DNA from: Streptosporangiaceae bacterium
GTDB lineage: Bacteria > Actinomycetota > Actinomycetes > Streptosporangiales > JBOHCT01
DNA length: 57,870 nt
Direction: 5' to 3'
Assembly (NCBI GenBank): GCA_050699055.1
Contig: JBOHCT010000001.1
Coordinates: forward strand, 1 to 57,870
This document shows, piece after piece, positions 8,529 through 17,301 of the stretch. A program made the translations under genes and the position numbers. Numbering within the stretch: the first letter of the stretch is position 1; each line of letters begins with the position of its first letter. Under the pieces are notes generated by a model. That model was not told the origin of the DNA, searched no databases, and worked only from the letters and a program-made list of their open reading frames with translations.

Positions 8529-9929
8529 ATGTCCGTACTCATCAAGGGCGGCCGCATCATCACCGCCTCCGACGACTACGTCGCCGACATCTACATCGAG
8601 GACGAGGTCGTCTCCGCCGTCGGCAGCGACCTCGACGTCACCGCCGACGCGGTCGTCGACGCGTCGGGCAAGTACGTCCTGCCGGGGATGGTCGACCCGC
8701 ACACGCACATGGAGATGCCGTTCGGCGGCACGGTCACCTGCGACGACTTCACCTCGGGCACGACGTCGGCGGTCTTCGGCGGCACGACCGCGATCGTCGA
8801 CTTCTGCATGCAGCAGTCCGGGCAGACCCTGCCCGAGGCGCTGGAGACGTGGCACGAGAGGCTGCGGCGCGCTCCCGCGGTCGGCGACGTGGGCTTCCAC
8901 CTGGCCGTCACGAACCTCGACTACCCCGGCGCGCTCGACGACCTCGCGGCCATGCCCGAGCAGGGGGTGACGAGCTACAAGTTCTTCATGGCCTACAAGG
9001 GCACGATCATGGTCGAGGACGAGACGCTGTTCAAGGCCATGCAGGTCGTCGCCAGGTCCGGGTCGCTCGCGATGGTCCACGCCGAGAACGGCGACGTCGT
9101 CGACGTCCTCGTCAAGGAGGCTCTCGCCGAAGGCAAGACCGAGCCGAAGTGGCACGCCGCGACCCGCCCGCCCACCGTCGAGGGCGAGGCGACGAGCCGC
9201 GCGATCCAGCTCGCCCACCTCGCCGGCTGCCCGCTGTACGTCGTCCACGTCTCCTGCCGGGAAGCGATCGACCCGATCGGCGCGGCGCGGCGGCAGGAGT
9301 GGCTCACGTGGGGCGAGACCTGTCCGCAGTACCTCTTCCTGGACAGCGGTGCGCTGGACCAGCCGAACTTCGAGGGCGCGAAGTACGTCTACACCCCGCC
9401 GTCGCGGACCAAGGCAGATCAGGAGGCGCTCTGGCGGGCGCTGTCGACGGACGTGCTCTCAGTCGTGTCGACCGACCACTGCCCGTTCAACTGGGACGGC
9501 CAGAAGAGCCTCGGCGCCGACGACTTCTCGAAGATCCCGAACGGCGGTCCAGGCATCGAGGATCGGTTGCACCTCATCCACGACCGCGGTGTACGGGCCG
9601 GCCGCATCTCGCTGAACCGGATGGTCGAGCTGTTGTCGACGAACCCCGCCAGGCTGTTCGGCCTCTATCCGCGCAAGGGCACGATCGCCGCGGGTTCCGA
9701 CGGCGACATCGTGATCTTCGACCCGGAGCGGCCGCATCGCATCTCAGCGAGCACGCACCATTCCAGGGTTGACTACAGCCTGTTCGAGGGCGAGGAGGTC
9801 GTCGGGACTCCCGAGGTGGTCCTGGTACGCGGGCGTATCGTCGTCTCCGGCGGGGAGCTGCGGGTCGAGCCGGGCCACGGGCGGTTCGTGCACCGCGGCG
9901 TTCCCGCGGTGAGCCTCGCGCCCGCCTGA
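8529..9929 (+). CDS. hydA: Dihydropyrimidinase / D-hydantoinase
   Basis: 466 aa. PGMVDPHTHMEMPFGGT, GGTTAIVDF, carbamylated-Lys context SYKFFMAYKG, VSTDHCPF. Confidence 0.9.
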   Translation: MSVLIKGGRIITASDDYVADIYIEDEVVSAVGSDLDVTADAVVDASGKYVLPGMVDPHTHMEMPFGGTVTCDDFTSGTTSAVFGGTTAIVDFCMQQSGQTLPEALETWHERLRRAPAVGDVGFHLAVTNLDYPGALDDLAAMPEQGVTSYKFFMAYKGTIMVEDETLFKAMQVVARSGSLAMVHAENGDVVDVLVKEALAEGKTEPKWHAATRPPTVEGEATSRAIQLAHLAGCPLYVVHVSCREAIDPIGAARRQEWLTWGETCPQYLFLDSGALDQPNFEGAKYVYTPPSRTKADQEALWRALSTDVLSVVSTDHCPFNWDGQKSLGADDFSKIPNGGPGIEDRLHLIHDRGVRAGRISLNRMVELLSTNPARLFGLYPRKGTIAAGSDGDIVIFDPERPHRISASTHHSRVDYSLFEGEEVVGTPEVVLVRGRIVVSGGELRVEPGHGRFVHRGVPAVSLAPA

Positions 9930-9963
9930 GCTTCGGCCGTGTACAGCCTGAGCGGGTCAGGGA

Positions 9964-10791
9964 TCAGGGCTTGCGGCCGACCGCCGCGTAGAACCACGAC
10001 CCGGCGCGGCTCTCGGGCCCTGGCGGCGTGTCGGGGCGCCAGTCCTGCAGGACGACCAGGCCGGGGTCGACGAGCTCGAAGCCGTCGAACAGGCGCAGGA
10101 GCTGGTCCCGGCTGCGCAGTGTTATCGAGGACGTAGCGCGATCGTAGACCTGGGTAAGTCCGCCCGCTTTCTCCTCGACGAAGGTCGTTCCGTGGGATAG
10201 GACCAGGTAGCTGCCAGGCGCGATGGCGTCCCGGATTGTCGCGATGATTCGCGCGGCGTCCGCGTCGTCGGGGACGAAGTGCAGCACGGACACGAGCAGC
10301 ACGGCGACCGGCTGGTCGAGGTCGATGTGGGCCCGCAGGCCGGGCTCGGCGAGGATCTCCGCCGGGTCGCGCATGTCGCCCTCGACCACGACGGTCTGGC
10401 TGTCGGTGGCCAGCAGGGCCCGGGCGTGGATGAGGACGACGCCGTCGTTGTCGACGTAGACGACCCGGGAATCCGGGCGGGCCGCCTGCGCGACCTCGTG
10501 GGTGTTCTCCTGGGTGGGCAGGCCGGTGCCGATGTCGACGAACTGCCGGATGCCCGCCTCACCCGCCAGGAACCGCACCGCCCGGCCGAGGAACGCCCGG
10601 TTCTCCCGCGCGACCACGCGCGCCTCCGGAACCGTCTCCAGCATCTTCGCCGCCGTCTCCCGGTCGGCGGCGAAGTTGTCCTTGCCGCCGAGGTAGTAGT
10701 CGTACATGCGGGCCACGTTGGGCGTGCGTACGTCGACCCTGTCGCGGGGGGCTGCGTTGCCTGGGGAGGACGGCCTGCCGTCGTCGGTCAT
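9964..10791 (-). CDS. SAM-dependent methyltransferase (DUF574 family)
   Basis: ARMYDYYLGGKDNFAADRE...FVDIGTGLPT, typical of the actinomycete S-adenosyl methyltransferase family. Confidence 0.8.
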   Translation of the reverse strand: MTDDGRPSSPGNAAPRDRVDVRTPNVARMYDYYLGGKDNFAADRETAAKMLETVPEARVVARENRAFLGRAVRFLAGEAGIRQFVDIGTGLPTQENTHEVAQAARPDSRVVYVDNDGVVLIHARALLATDSQTVVVEGDMRDPAEILAEPGLRAHIDLDQPVAVLLVSVLHFVPDDADAARIIATIRDAIAPGSYLVLSHGTTFVEEKAGGLTQVYDRATSSITLRSRDQLLRLFDGFELVDPGLVVLQDWRPDTPPGPESRAGSWFYAAVGRKP

Positions 10792-10918
10792 GACCGGAAT
10801 GCTACGCTCCGTGTCGGCCTCGCGGGCCCGGACCGGCCGAATGGGACCGCCAACCGTCGAACTCGGTTCCTCAGAGGCCGGCGGCGCGGCGCGCTCCTCA
10901 TGGGCGCCGGGAGCGCTC

Positions 10919-11914
10919 TCAGCCGCGGCCGCCGAAACCGACAGCCGCGAAGGCGTCGTCGATCCGATCCCGGTCCGCGCCGCGGGTGAGCAAAAGGGTG
11001 AGCAGCAGCCGCGCCTTGAGCCCGTCGAGAGTTCCGGCGCTCACCAGCCCGCGGGACAGCAGGTCGAGCTCGCCGCCCGGGAAGCCGTAGGTCTCCCGCA
11101 GCATCTCCCCTGACCCGGTGCGCGAGGCGAGCACTACCGGCATGCGCGCGGCCAGGTCCGCCAGCGGCGCGACGAACCGCTCGGGTACGTGGCCGCCGCC
11201 GTACGCCTCGACGACGACCCCGTCGTACCCGCCTGACGCGGCGCAGTCGAGCAGGCGGGGGTCGTCGCCGAGGACCAGCCTCACCAGCGCGACCGTGGCG
11301 GGCGGCGCGTCCTCGGCCACCGGCAGCCGCGGGTACGGCGCCGGACGGGCCGCGAGTCGGACCCGACCCTCGCTCACCCATCCGATCGGCCCGGTCGGTG
11401 CGGAGCGGAACGTCGCGGGGTTCGACGTGTGCGTCTTCCGCACGAACCGCGCGGCGTGGATCTCGTCGTTGAACACCACGAGCACGCCGACCCCCCGCGC
11501 TGCCTCGCTCGCCGCCACCTGGACGGCGGCGAGAAGGTTCGCGGGCCCGTCGGCCCCCGGCAGGCTGGGGTTGCGCATCGCGCCGGTGATCACGACCGGG
11601 GGGTCGAGGTCGTACAGCAGGTCCAGGGCGAACGCCGTCTCCTCCAGCGTGTCGGTGCCCTGGGTGACGACGATCCCTCGGGCGCCCGCGTCGACCTGGC
11701 GACGTGCCTCGGCCGCGAGGGCGAACAGGTCGCTCAGGGTGAGCTCGGGCGAGGGAAACTGCCGAAACGACAGCCCTCGGACGTCCGCGACCTTGTCCAG
11801 GCCGGGTACGGCGGCGACGAGGTCATCGGCGGTCAGGGTGGGCTTGGCGCCGGGGCCGGACGCGTCGGGGACCGACGCGATCGTTCCACCCATCGTCAGC
11901 ACGGCCACGCGCAT
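10919..11914 (-). CDS. L-asparaginase (type I-like)
   Basis: VLTMGGTIAS, VVTQGTDTLEETA, ITGAMRNP motifs. 331 aa. Confidence 0.85.
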   Translation of the reverse strand: MRVAVLTMGGTIASVPDASGPGAKPTLTADDLVAAVPGLDKVADVRGLSFRQFPSPELTLSDLFALAAEARRQVDAGARGIVVTQGTDTLEETAFALDLLYDLDPPVVITGAMRNPSLPGADGPANLLAAVQVAASEAARGVGVLVVFNDEIHAARFVRKTHTSNPATFRSAPTGPIGWVSEGRVRLAARPAPYPRLPVAEDAPPATVALVRLVLGDDPRLLDCAASGGYDGVVVEAYGGGHVPERFVAPLADLAARMPVVLASRTGSGEMLRETYGFPGGELDLLSRGLVSAGTLDGLKARLLLTLLLTRGADRDRIDDAFAAVGFGGRG

Positions 11915-12009
11915 CAGGCTCGCCCCCAGGCATGGGAAGGACCGCGTCCGAGTGTTTCGAATACGATATACAAAACCTAGGCGGCGGCGGTGGCGACCGT
12001 CAAGCGTCC

Positions 12010-12789
12010 CTACCGCTCGCCCCGAACCGGCGGCTGGAACTGATGGCGGACTCCCGCCGCCGGTTCGTCGTCGTCGGCCGCCCAGGCCTCGGCCAGGACC
12101 TCCTTCTCCAGGTGCGCGACGAGCAGCGTGCCGGCGTGCATGATGTGCTCACGCATGGCCTTGCGTACGTGTTCGGGGTCGCGGGCCTCGAGGCCGTCGA
12201 GGATCGCGGCGTGGTCGGCGACGGACGCCTCCACCCACCCGTGGATGGTGCCCCAGAACCGTCGTGGCGCGTAGCGGGTCGCCACCCGCAGCAGCCACGC
12301 GAGCTTCGGCGAGTGCGCCAGCAGGTTGATCCGCCGGTGGATGAGGAAGTTGAGCTGCTCGATGTCCGCGGCCCCGTCTCGCTCGGACGCCGCCTCCAGC
12401 TGCGTCTGCAGCGTGCGAAGCTCGCCTACCTCCGCGTCGGTGATGTGCGCGGCGGCCCGCGCGGCGAGCTCGCCCGCGATCTCGCTCTGTACCCAGAACA
12501 GGTCCACCACGTCGGCCTTCGACAGCGGCGCCACGACGAACCCCCGGCGCGGCTCCAGCTGGACGAACCCCTCGCCGCGCAGCAGGACGAGCGCCTCGCG
12601 TACGGGTGTCACGCTCATCTCCAGCATGTCCGCCATGTGGTCGAGGCGGATGAAGGTGCCGCTGGGCAGCTGCCCAGACATGATCATGTCCCGGATGTAG
12701 GAGGCCGCCTCATCGCTGAGCTGAGCGCGGTGCATCCGTGTACCCAAGCCCGCACCACGGTCAGGCGACCCCGTCCACTGATCGTTCAT
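12010..12789 (-). CDS. GntR-family transcriptional regulator with FCD domain (FadR subfamily)
   Basis: wHTH MADMLEMSVTPVREALVLLRGEGFV followed by an all-helical C-terminal domain. Divergent from the acyl-CoA dehydrogenase gene. Confidence 0.8.
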   Translation of the reverse strand: MNDQWTGSPDRGAGLGTRMHRAQLSDEAASYIRDMIMSGQLPSGTFIRLDHMADMLEMSVTPVREALVLLRGEGFVQLEPRRGFVVAPLSKADVVDLFWVQSEIAGELAARAAAHITDAEVGELRTLQTQLEAASERDGAADIEQLNFLIHRRINLLAHSPKLAWLLRVATRYAPRRFWGTIHGWVEASVADHAAILDGLEARDPEHVRKAMREHIMHAGTLLVAHLEKEVLAEAWAADDDEPAAGVRHQFQPPVRGER

Positions 12790-12969
12790 GGCAATCCGCT
12801 CCGCTCACTGGCGACCGGAGACCCTGCCGTCGCCGTGCCGCCACCGTGCCGCCATAGGGCCGCCATAGGGCCATGTCACGCCTTCGGCACGCACCCGGAA
12901 GCGTACTGAAGCGTACGGTGACATTTTCCCACCCGGCGGGGTAGTCCTCCTACAGACTGAAGGGTAGGC

Positions 12970-12986
12970 TCATATAAGTTATATGA
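12970..12986. promoter_or_regulatory. 17-bp AT-rich perfect palindrome TCATATAAgTTATATGA (operator/promoter candidate)
   Basis: Read directly. 60 nt upstream of the ATG at 13046, in the divergent GntR/ACAD intergenic region. Confidence 0.4.
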
Positions 12987-13045
12987 AACCACGCTGCGGA
13001 TTCAAGAGAGGCGGATGCTCGCGCAGCACAGCCTAAGGAGGCGCC

Positions 13046-14197
13046 ATGCCGCACCTCAGCGATGAGGAGCGGGCCGTCATCGGTGTGGTCACGGAGTTCG
13101 TGGACGAGAAGGTCCGTCCGGCGGTCGGCGAGCTCGAGCATTCCGACACCTACCCGGGCGAGCTGATCGACCAGATGAAGGACCTGGGGGTGTTCGGGCT
13201 CGCCATCCCCGAGCCGTACAGCCCGGCCGCGGTGTCCACGTCGTGCTTCGCGCTGGTGACCGCCGAGCTGGCACGCGGCTGGATGAGCCTGGCCGGCGCG
13301 ATGGGTGGGCACTCGGTGGTCGGCCGGCTCATCGCCGCCTTCGGCACCCAGCCGCAGAAGGACGGCTACCTGGCGGCGATGGCGGCCGGGGAGATCCGCG
13401 CGACGATGGCGCTGACCGAGCCCGGCGGCGGGTCCGACCTGCAGGCGATGCGGACCGTCGCCCGAAGAGAGGGCGACGCGTACGTCGTCGACGGCACCAA
13501 GATGTGGATCACGAACGCCCAGCACGCAGACGTGGTCGCGCTGCTGTGCAAGACCGACCCGGCCGCGGACCCGCCGCACGAGGGGATCAGCATCCTCCTC
13601 GTGGAGCGGGGGCACGGTTTCACCGTGTCGCGGAAGCTGTCCAAGCTGGGCTACAAGGGCGTGGAGAGCTGCGAGCTGTCGTTCGACGACTGCCGCGTAC
13701 CCACGGACGCGTTGCTCGGCGGTATCGAGGGCCAGGGCTTCGCGCAGATGATGGAAGGCCTGGAGACAGGCCGGGTCCAGGTGGCGGCCCGTGCCGTCGG
13801 CGTCGCCCAGGCGGCCTTCGACGACGCCCTGCGCTACGCACAGGAGCGGGAGGCATTCGGCAAGCCGATCTGGCGGCACCAATCCATCGGCAACTACCTC
13901 GCCGACATGGCCACCGACCTGCACGCCGCCCGGCTGCTGCTGCTCGACGCCGCCGACAAGCTCGACACCGGCGCCCGCTGCGACCTCGAGGCCGGCATGG
14001 CCAAGCTGTTCGCCTCCGAGGCGTGCATGCGGATCAGCCTCGACGCGATGCGCATCCACGGCGGCTACGGGTACTCCACCGAGTTCGACGTCGAGCGCTA
14101 CTTCCGCGACGCACCGCTCATGATCATCGGGGAGGGGACGAACGAGATCCAGCGAAACGTCATCGCCAAGCGACTGATCGAACGAAACGGCCTGTGA
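13046..14197 (+). CDS. Acyl-CoA dehydrogenase
   Basis: 383 aa. ALTEPGGGSDL, KMWITNA, RIHGGYGY, IGEGTNEIQR motifs. Good SD (aaggagg) upstream. Confidence 0.9.
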   Translation: MPHLSDEERAVIGVVTEFVDEKVRPAVGELEHSDTYPGELIDQMKDLGVFGLAIPEPYSPAAVSTSCFALVTAELARGWMSLAGAMGGHSVVGRLIAAFGTQPQKDGYLAAMAAGEIRATMALTEPGGGSDLQAMRTVARREGDAYVVDGTKMWITNAQHADVVALLCKTDPAADPPHEGISILLVERGHGFTVSRKLSKLGYKGVESCELSFDDCRVPTDALLGGIEGQGFAQMMEGLETGRVQVAARAVGVAQAAFDDALRYAQEREAFGKPIWRHQSIGNYLADMATDLHAARLLLLDAADKLDTGARCDLEAGMAKLFASEACMRISLDAMRIHGGYGYSTEFDVERYFRDAPLMIIGEGTNEIQRNVIAKRLIERNGL

Positions 14198-14270
14198 CCG
14201 CCCCCTCTTTGCCGATCTCGAGGCCCGGCTCGCAGGCTTCGGCGGGATGGGGTCGAGAGAGGGAGTAGAT

Positions 14271-15110
14271 ATGACGGTCGTACGTGCGGCCCTGGTCCAG
14301 AGCGCATGGACCGGCGACAAGGACTCGGTGATCAAGAAGAGCGTCGACCACGCGAGGCAGGCGGCGTCGCGGGGTGCGAAGGTGCTGTGTTTCCAGGAGC
14401 TGTTCTACGGGCCGTACTTCTGCCAGGTCCAGGACCCGGCGTATTTCGACTACGTCGAGGCGGTCCCCGACGGCCCCACAACCCGGCTGATGTGCGACCT
14501 GGCCCGGGAGACCGGGATGGTGTTGACCGTGCCCGTCTACGAGGTGGAGCAGCCGGGCGTGTACTACAACACCGCGGCGGTCATCGACGCCGACGGCACG
14601 TACCTCGGTAAGCACCGCAAGAACCACATCCCGCAGTTGCCGGGCTTCTGGGAGAAGTTCTACTTCCGTCCGGGCAACCTCGGCTACCCGGTCTTCGACA
14701 CGGCGGTGGGCCGGATCGGCGTGTACATCTGCTACGAGCGCCACTTCCCCGAGGGCTGGCGCGCGCTCGGGCTGGCCGGCGCACGGATCGTCTTCAACCC
14801 GTCCGCCACGAGCCGCGGGCTGTCCTCGCACCTGTGGCGGCTGGAGCAGCCGGCGGCCGCCGTCGCGAACGGCTACTACGTCGGCACGATCAACCGGGTC
14901 GGCGTCGAGCCGTTGGGCGACGACGACTTCTACGGCACGTCGTACTTCGCCGACCCGCGCGGGCAGCTCGTCGGGGAGGCGGCGTCGGACGCTAGCGACG
15001 AGGTGATCGTCCGCGACCTCGAGATGGACCTGATCGACGAGGTCCGCAAGGAGTGGCAGTTCTACCGCGACCGCAGGCCGGACACCTACGCCCCGCTGAC
15101 GGTCCCGTGA
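14271..15110 (+). CDS. Carbon-nitrogen hydrolase, beta-ureidopropionase / N-carbamoyl-amide hydrolase type
   Basis: Nitrilase-superfamily E-K-C pattern: CFQELF, GKHRKNHIP, GVYICYERHFPE. ATG 14271 lies within ORF 14247-15110. Confidence 0.8.
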   Translation: MTVVRAALVQSAWTGDKDSVIKKSVDHARQAASRGAKVLCFQELFYGPYFCQVQDPAYFDYVEAVPDGPTTRLMCDLARETGMVLTVPVYEVEQPGVYYNTAAVIDADGTYLGKHRKNHIPQLPGFWEKFYFRPGNLGYPVFDTAVGRIGVYICYERHFPEGWRALGLAGARIVFNPSATSRGLSSHLWRLEQPAAAVANGYYVGTINRVGVEPLGDDDFYGTSYFADPRGQLVGEAASDASDEVIVRDLEMDLIDEVRKEWQFYRDRRPDTYAPLTVP

Positions 15111-15157
15111 TCGCGAACGCTTTCCCCTGCTATAGGGCGGAAGAGTGTTCGCGATCA
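15108..15157 (+). terminator. Stem-loop (11-bp perfect arms tgatcgcgaac / gttcgcgatca, 28-nt loop) overlapping the stop codon of the C-N hydrolase
   Basis: Arms at 15108-15118 and 15147-15157, read directly. No clear U-tract. Confidence 0.35.
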
Positions 15158-15236
15158 TGGGGCGGGGCCGTGTGGTGGTGTACTCCGAGGTCGCCCCGCC
15201 GGCCCACGTGGTGATCGCGCTCGCCGTGCCCCGCGG

Positions 15237-15294
15237 TTGTATGGGCCCTGGTTAGGTTGTACATTACTGGAGTAGTGAACCATCTAACCAGGGC
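15237..15294 (+). promoter_or_regulatory. Candidate promoter TTGTAT-N17-TACATT embedded in an 11-bp perfect inverted repeat (gccctggttag ... ctaaccagggc)
   Basis: IR arms at 15245-15255 and 15284-15294. -10-like TACATT at 15260-15265. Ends 12 nt upstream of the YtrA-type GntR start. Confidence 0.45.
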
Positions 15295-15306
15295 GGTGGG
15301 GCGGAG

Positions 15307-15690
15307 GTGTTCGTGCTCGACGAGGGAACGCCCCTGTTCGCGCAGATCGCGGAGCAGCTCGCCGACGACATCGCCGACGGGAGCCTGGCCGAGAGTGCGC
15401 GTGTCCCTTCGAGCAACGAGTTCGCCGCTTTCTACCGGATCAACCCGGCCACCGCGGCGAAGGGCATCAACGTGTTGATCGACGACGGGCTGCTGGAGAA
15501 GCACCGCGGCATCGGCATGTTCGTCGCCGCCGGCGCACGCGAGCGGTTGCTCGCCGACCGCCGCAAGCGGTTCGCCGAGCAGTACCTCGACCCGATGCTC
15601 GCCGAGGCCAAACGGCTCGGCATCGACACCGACACCCTGGTCTCCCTGGTCCGGGGATCCAGCCACACGGGCGGAGGCAGCACACCATGA
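15307..15690 (+). CDS. GntR-family transcriptional regulator (YtrA subfamily, short C-terminus)
   Basis: 127 aa. PLFAQIAEQLADDIADGSL...VPSSNEFAAFYRINPATAAKGINVL. Overlaps the downstream ABC ATPase by 4 nt. Confidence 0.85.
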   Translation: MFVLDEGTPLFAQIAEQLADDIADGSLAESARVPSSNEFAAFYRINPATAAKGINVLIDDGLLEKHRGIGMFVAAGARERLLADRRKRFAEQYLDPMLAEAKRLGIDTDTLVSLVRGSSHTGGGSTP

Positions 15691-16574
15691 CCCCGACGAT
15701 CTCCGCGGTGGGCCTGACCCGCAGGTACCGCGACCAGCTCGCCCTCGACGACGTCACGGTCGACATCGAACCTGACACCATCACCGGGCTGCTGGGCCGC
15801 AACGGCGCGGGCAAGAGCACCCTCATGCGCGTCGTCACCGCGCAGGAGTTCGCCACCGCCGGCACGGTGCGGGTCTTCGGCGAGGACCCCGTGGAGAACG
15901 ACGCCGTGCTGCGCCGGATGGTCTTCGTCCGCGAGGACCAGGTGTTCCCCGACTTCAAGGTCAGGCACGCCATCCAGGCCGCCTCATGGTTCTATCCGAA
16001 CTGGAGCGCCGAGCTCGCCGACACGCTGCTCGCGGACTTCGACCTGCCGTCGAACCGGGCCATCAAGAAGCTCTCCCGCGGGATGCGCTCCGCGCTGTCC
16101 ATCGTCATCGGCCTGGCGGGCAGGGCCGAGCTGACGTTGTTTGACGAGCCCTACGCGGGTCTGGACGCGGTGGCGCGACACCTGTTCTACGACCGGCTGC
16201 TCGCCGACTACGTCCAGCACCCGCGAACGGTGCTGCTGTCCACCCACCTGATCGACGAGGTCGCCGGCCTGCTGGAGCACGTGGTGATGATCGACCGGGG
16301 ACGGATCGTGCTGGACGCGCCCGCCGACGAGGTACGCGGGAGTGCGGCCACCGTCAGCGGGCCCGCGGCGGCGGTCGAGGAGTTCATCGCCGGGCGCCGC
16401 GTCTGGCATCGCCAGACGATCGGGTCGCGGACCTCGGTGACCGTCGCCGGGTCCTTGGACGACAGCGACCGGGCCAGGGCGCGCGAGCTGCGCCTGAGCC
16501 TGGAGCCGCTGTCGCTGCAGCAGCTGATGGTGCACACCTCCGGCCGACCGATGAACGAGAGGGTGAGCGCATGA
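15687..16574 (+). CDS. ABC transporter ATP-binding protein (ABC-2 type)
   Basis: Walker A GRNGAGKST, signature LSRGMRS, Walker B LTLFDEPYAGLD. Confidence 0.85.
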   Translation: MTPTISAVGLTRRYRDQLALDDVTVDIEPDTITGLLGRNGAGKSTLMRVVTAQEFATAGTVRVFGEDPVENDAVLRRMVFVREDQVFPDFKVRHAIQAASWFYPNWSAELADTLLADFDLPSNRAIKKLSRGMRSALSIVIGLAGRAELTLFDEPYAGLDAVARHLFYDRLLADYVQHPRTVLLSTHLIDEVAGLLEHVVMIDRGRIVLDAPADEVRGSAATVSGPAAAVEEFIAGRRVWHRQTIGSRTSVTVAGSLDDSDRARARELRLSLEPLSLQQLMVHTSGRPMNERVSA

Positions 16575-17260
16575 GCACGCTCGTCAACGTGGCCCGCTAC
16601 CACCTGGTGGACCGGATACCGTACCTGCTGCTGCCCTGGGGTGCCACCGCGTTCGCCTTCTTGGTGAACCTGGTCGTCTTCGCGGCGGTCGCCACCCCAT
16701 CCGACGGTGCGTACAGCGGCGGGCTGATAACGCTCTACGTCATCCTGTTCGTTCTTGGCGTGCTCAGCGTCGCCAGGTCGCTGCCGTTCGGGTTCGCCCT
16801 GGGGCTGAGCCGCCGCTCCTACTACCTCGGGACCGTCCTGCTGGTGGGCGGGCTCGGGGCGGTCTACGGCCTGGCCGTGGCCGTGCTGCAGGTCGTCGAA
16901 CGCGTCACCGGCGGGTGGGGGCTCACTATGCACTTCTTCCGGGTCCCGTGGATCCTCGACGGGCCGTGGTATCTGACCTGGCTGACGTCCTTCGTGGTGC
17001 TGGCACTCCTGTTCGTCTACGGCATGTGGTACGGCCTGGCGTACCGGCGGTGGGGCATCATCGGCCTCGCGGTGTTCATCGCCACCCAGGTGATCGTGCT
17101 GGTCGCGGTGGCACTGGTCCTGACCTGGGCGGGCGCCTGGCCCGAGGTCGGGCGCTTCTTCGCCACCCTGAGCGCGGCCGGGCTGACCGGGGTGCTGGCG
17201 GCGATCGTGGCCCTGCTGGCGTTCGGTGGGTTCACCACGATGCGTCGGGTCACCGTCTGA
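16571..17260 (+). CDS. Integral membrane protein, probable permease partner of the ABC ATPase
   Basis: 229 aa, about 6 hydrophobic segments. 4-nt overlap with the upstream ATPase. Confidence 0.65.
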   Translation: MSTLVNVARYHLVDRIPYLLLPWGATAFAFLVNLVVFAAVATPSDGAYSGGLITLYVILFVLGVLSVARSLPFGFALGLSRRSYYLGTVLLVGGLGAVYGLAVAVLQVVERVTGGWGLTMHFFRVPWILDGPWYLTWLTSFVVLALLFVYGMWYGLAYRRWGIIGLAVFIATQVIVLVAVALVLTWAGAWPEVGRFFATLSAAGLTGVLAAIVALLAFGGFTTMRRVTV

Positions 17261-17301
17261 CCCGCCGCGCGATCACGGAGGCCCTGGGGTCGACCGTGCG
17301 G

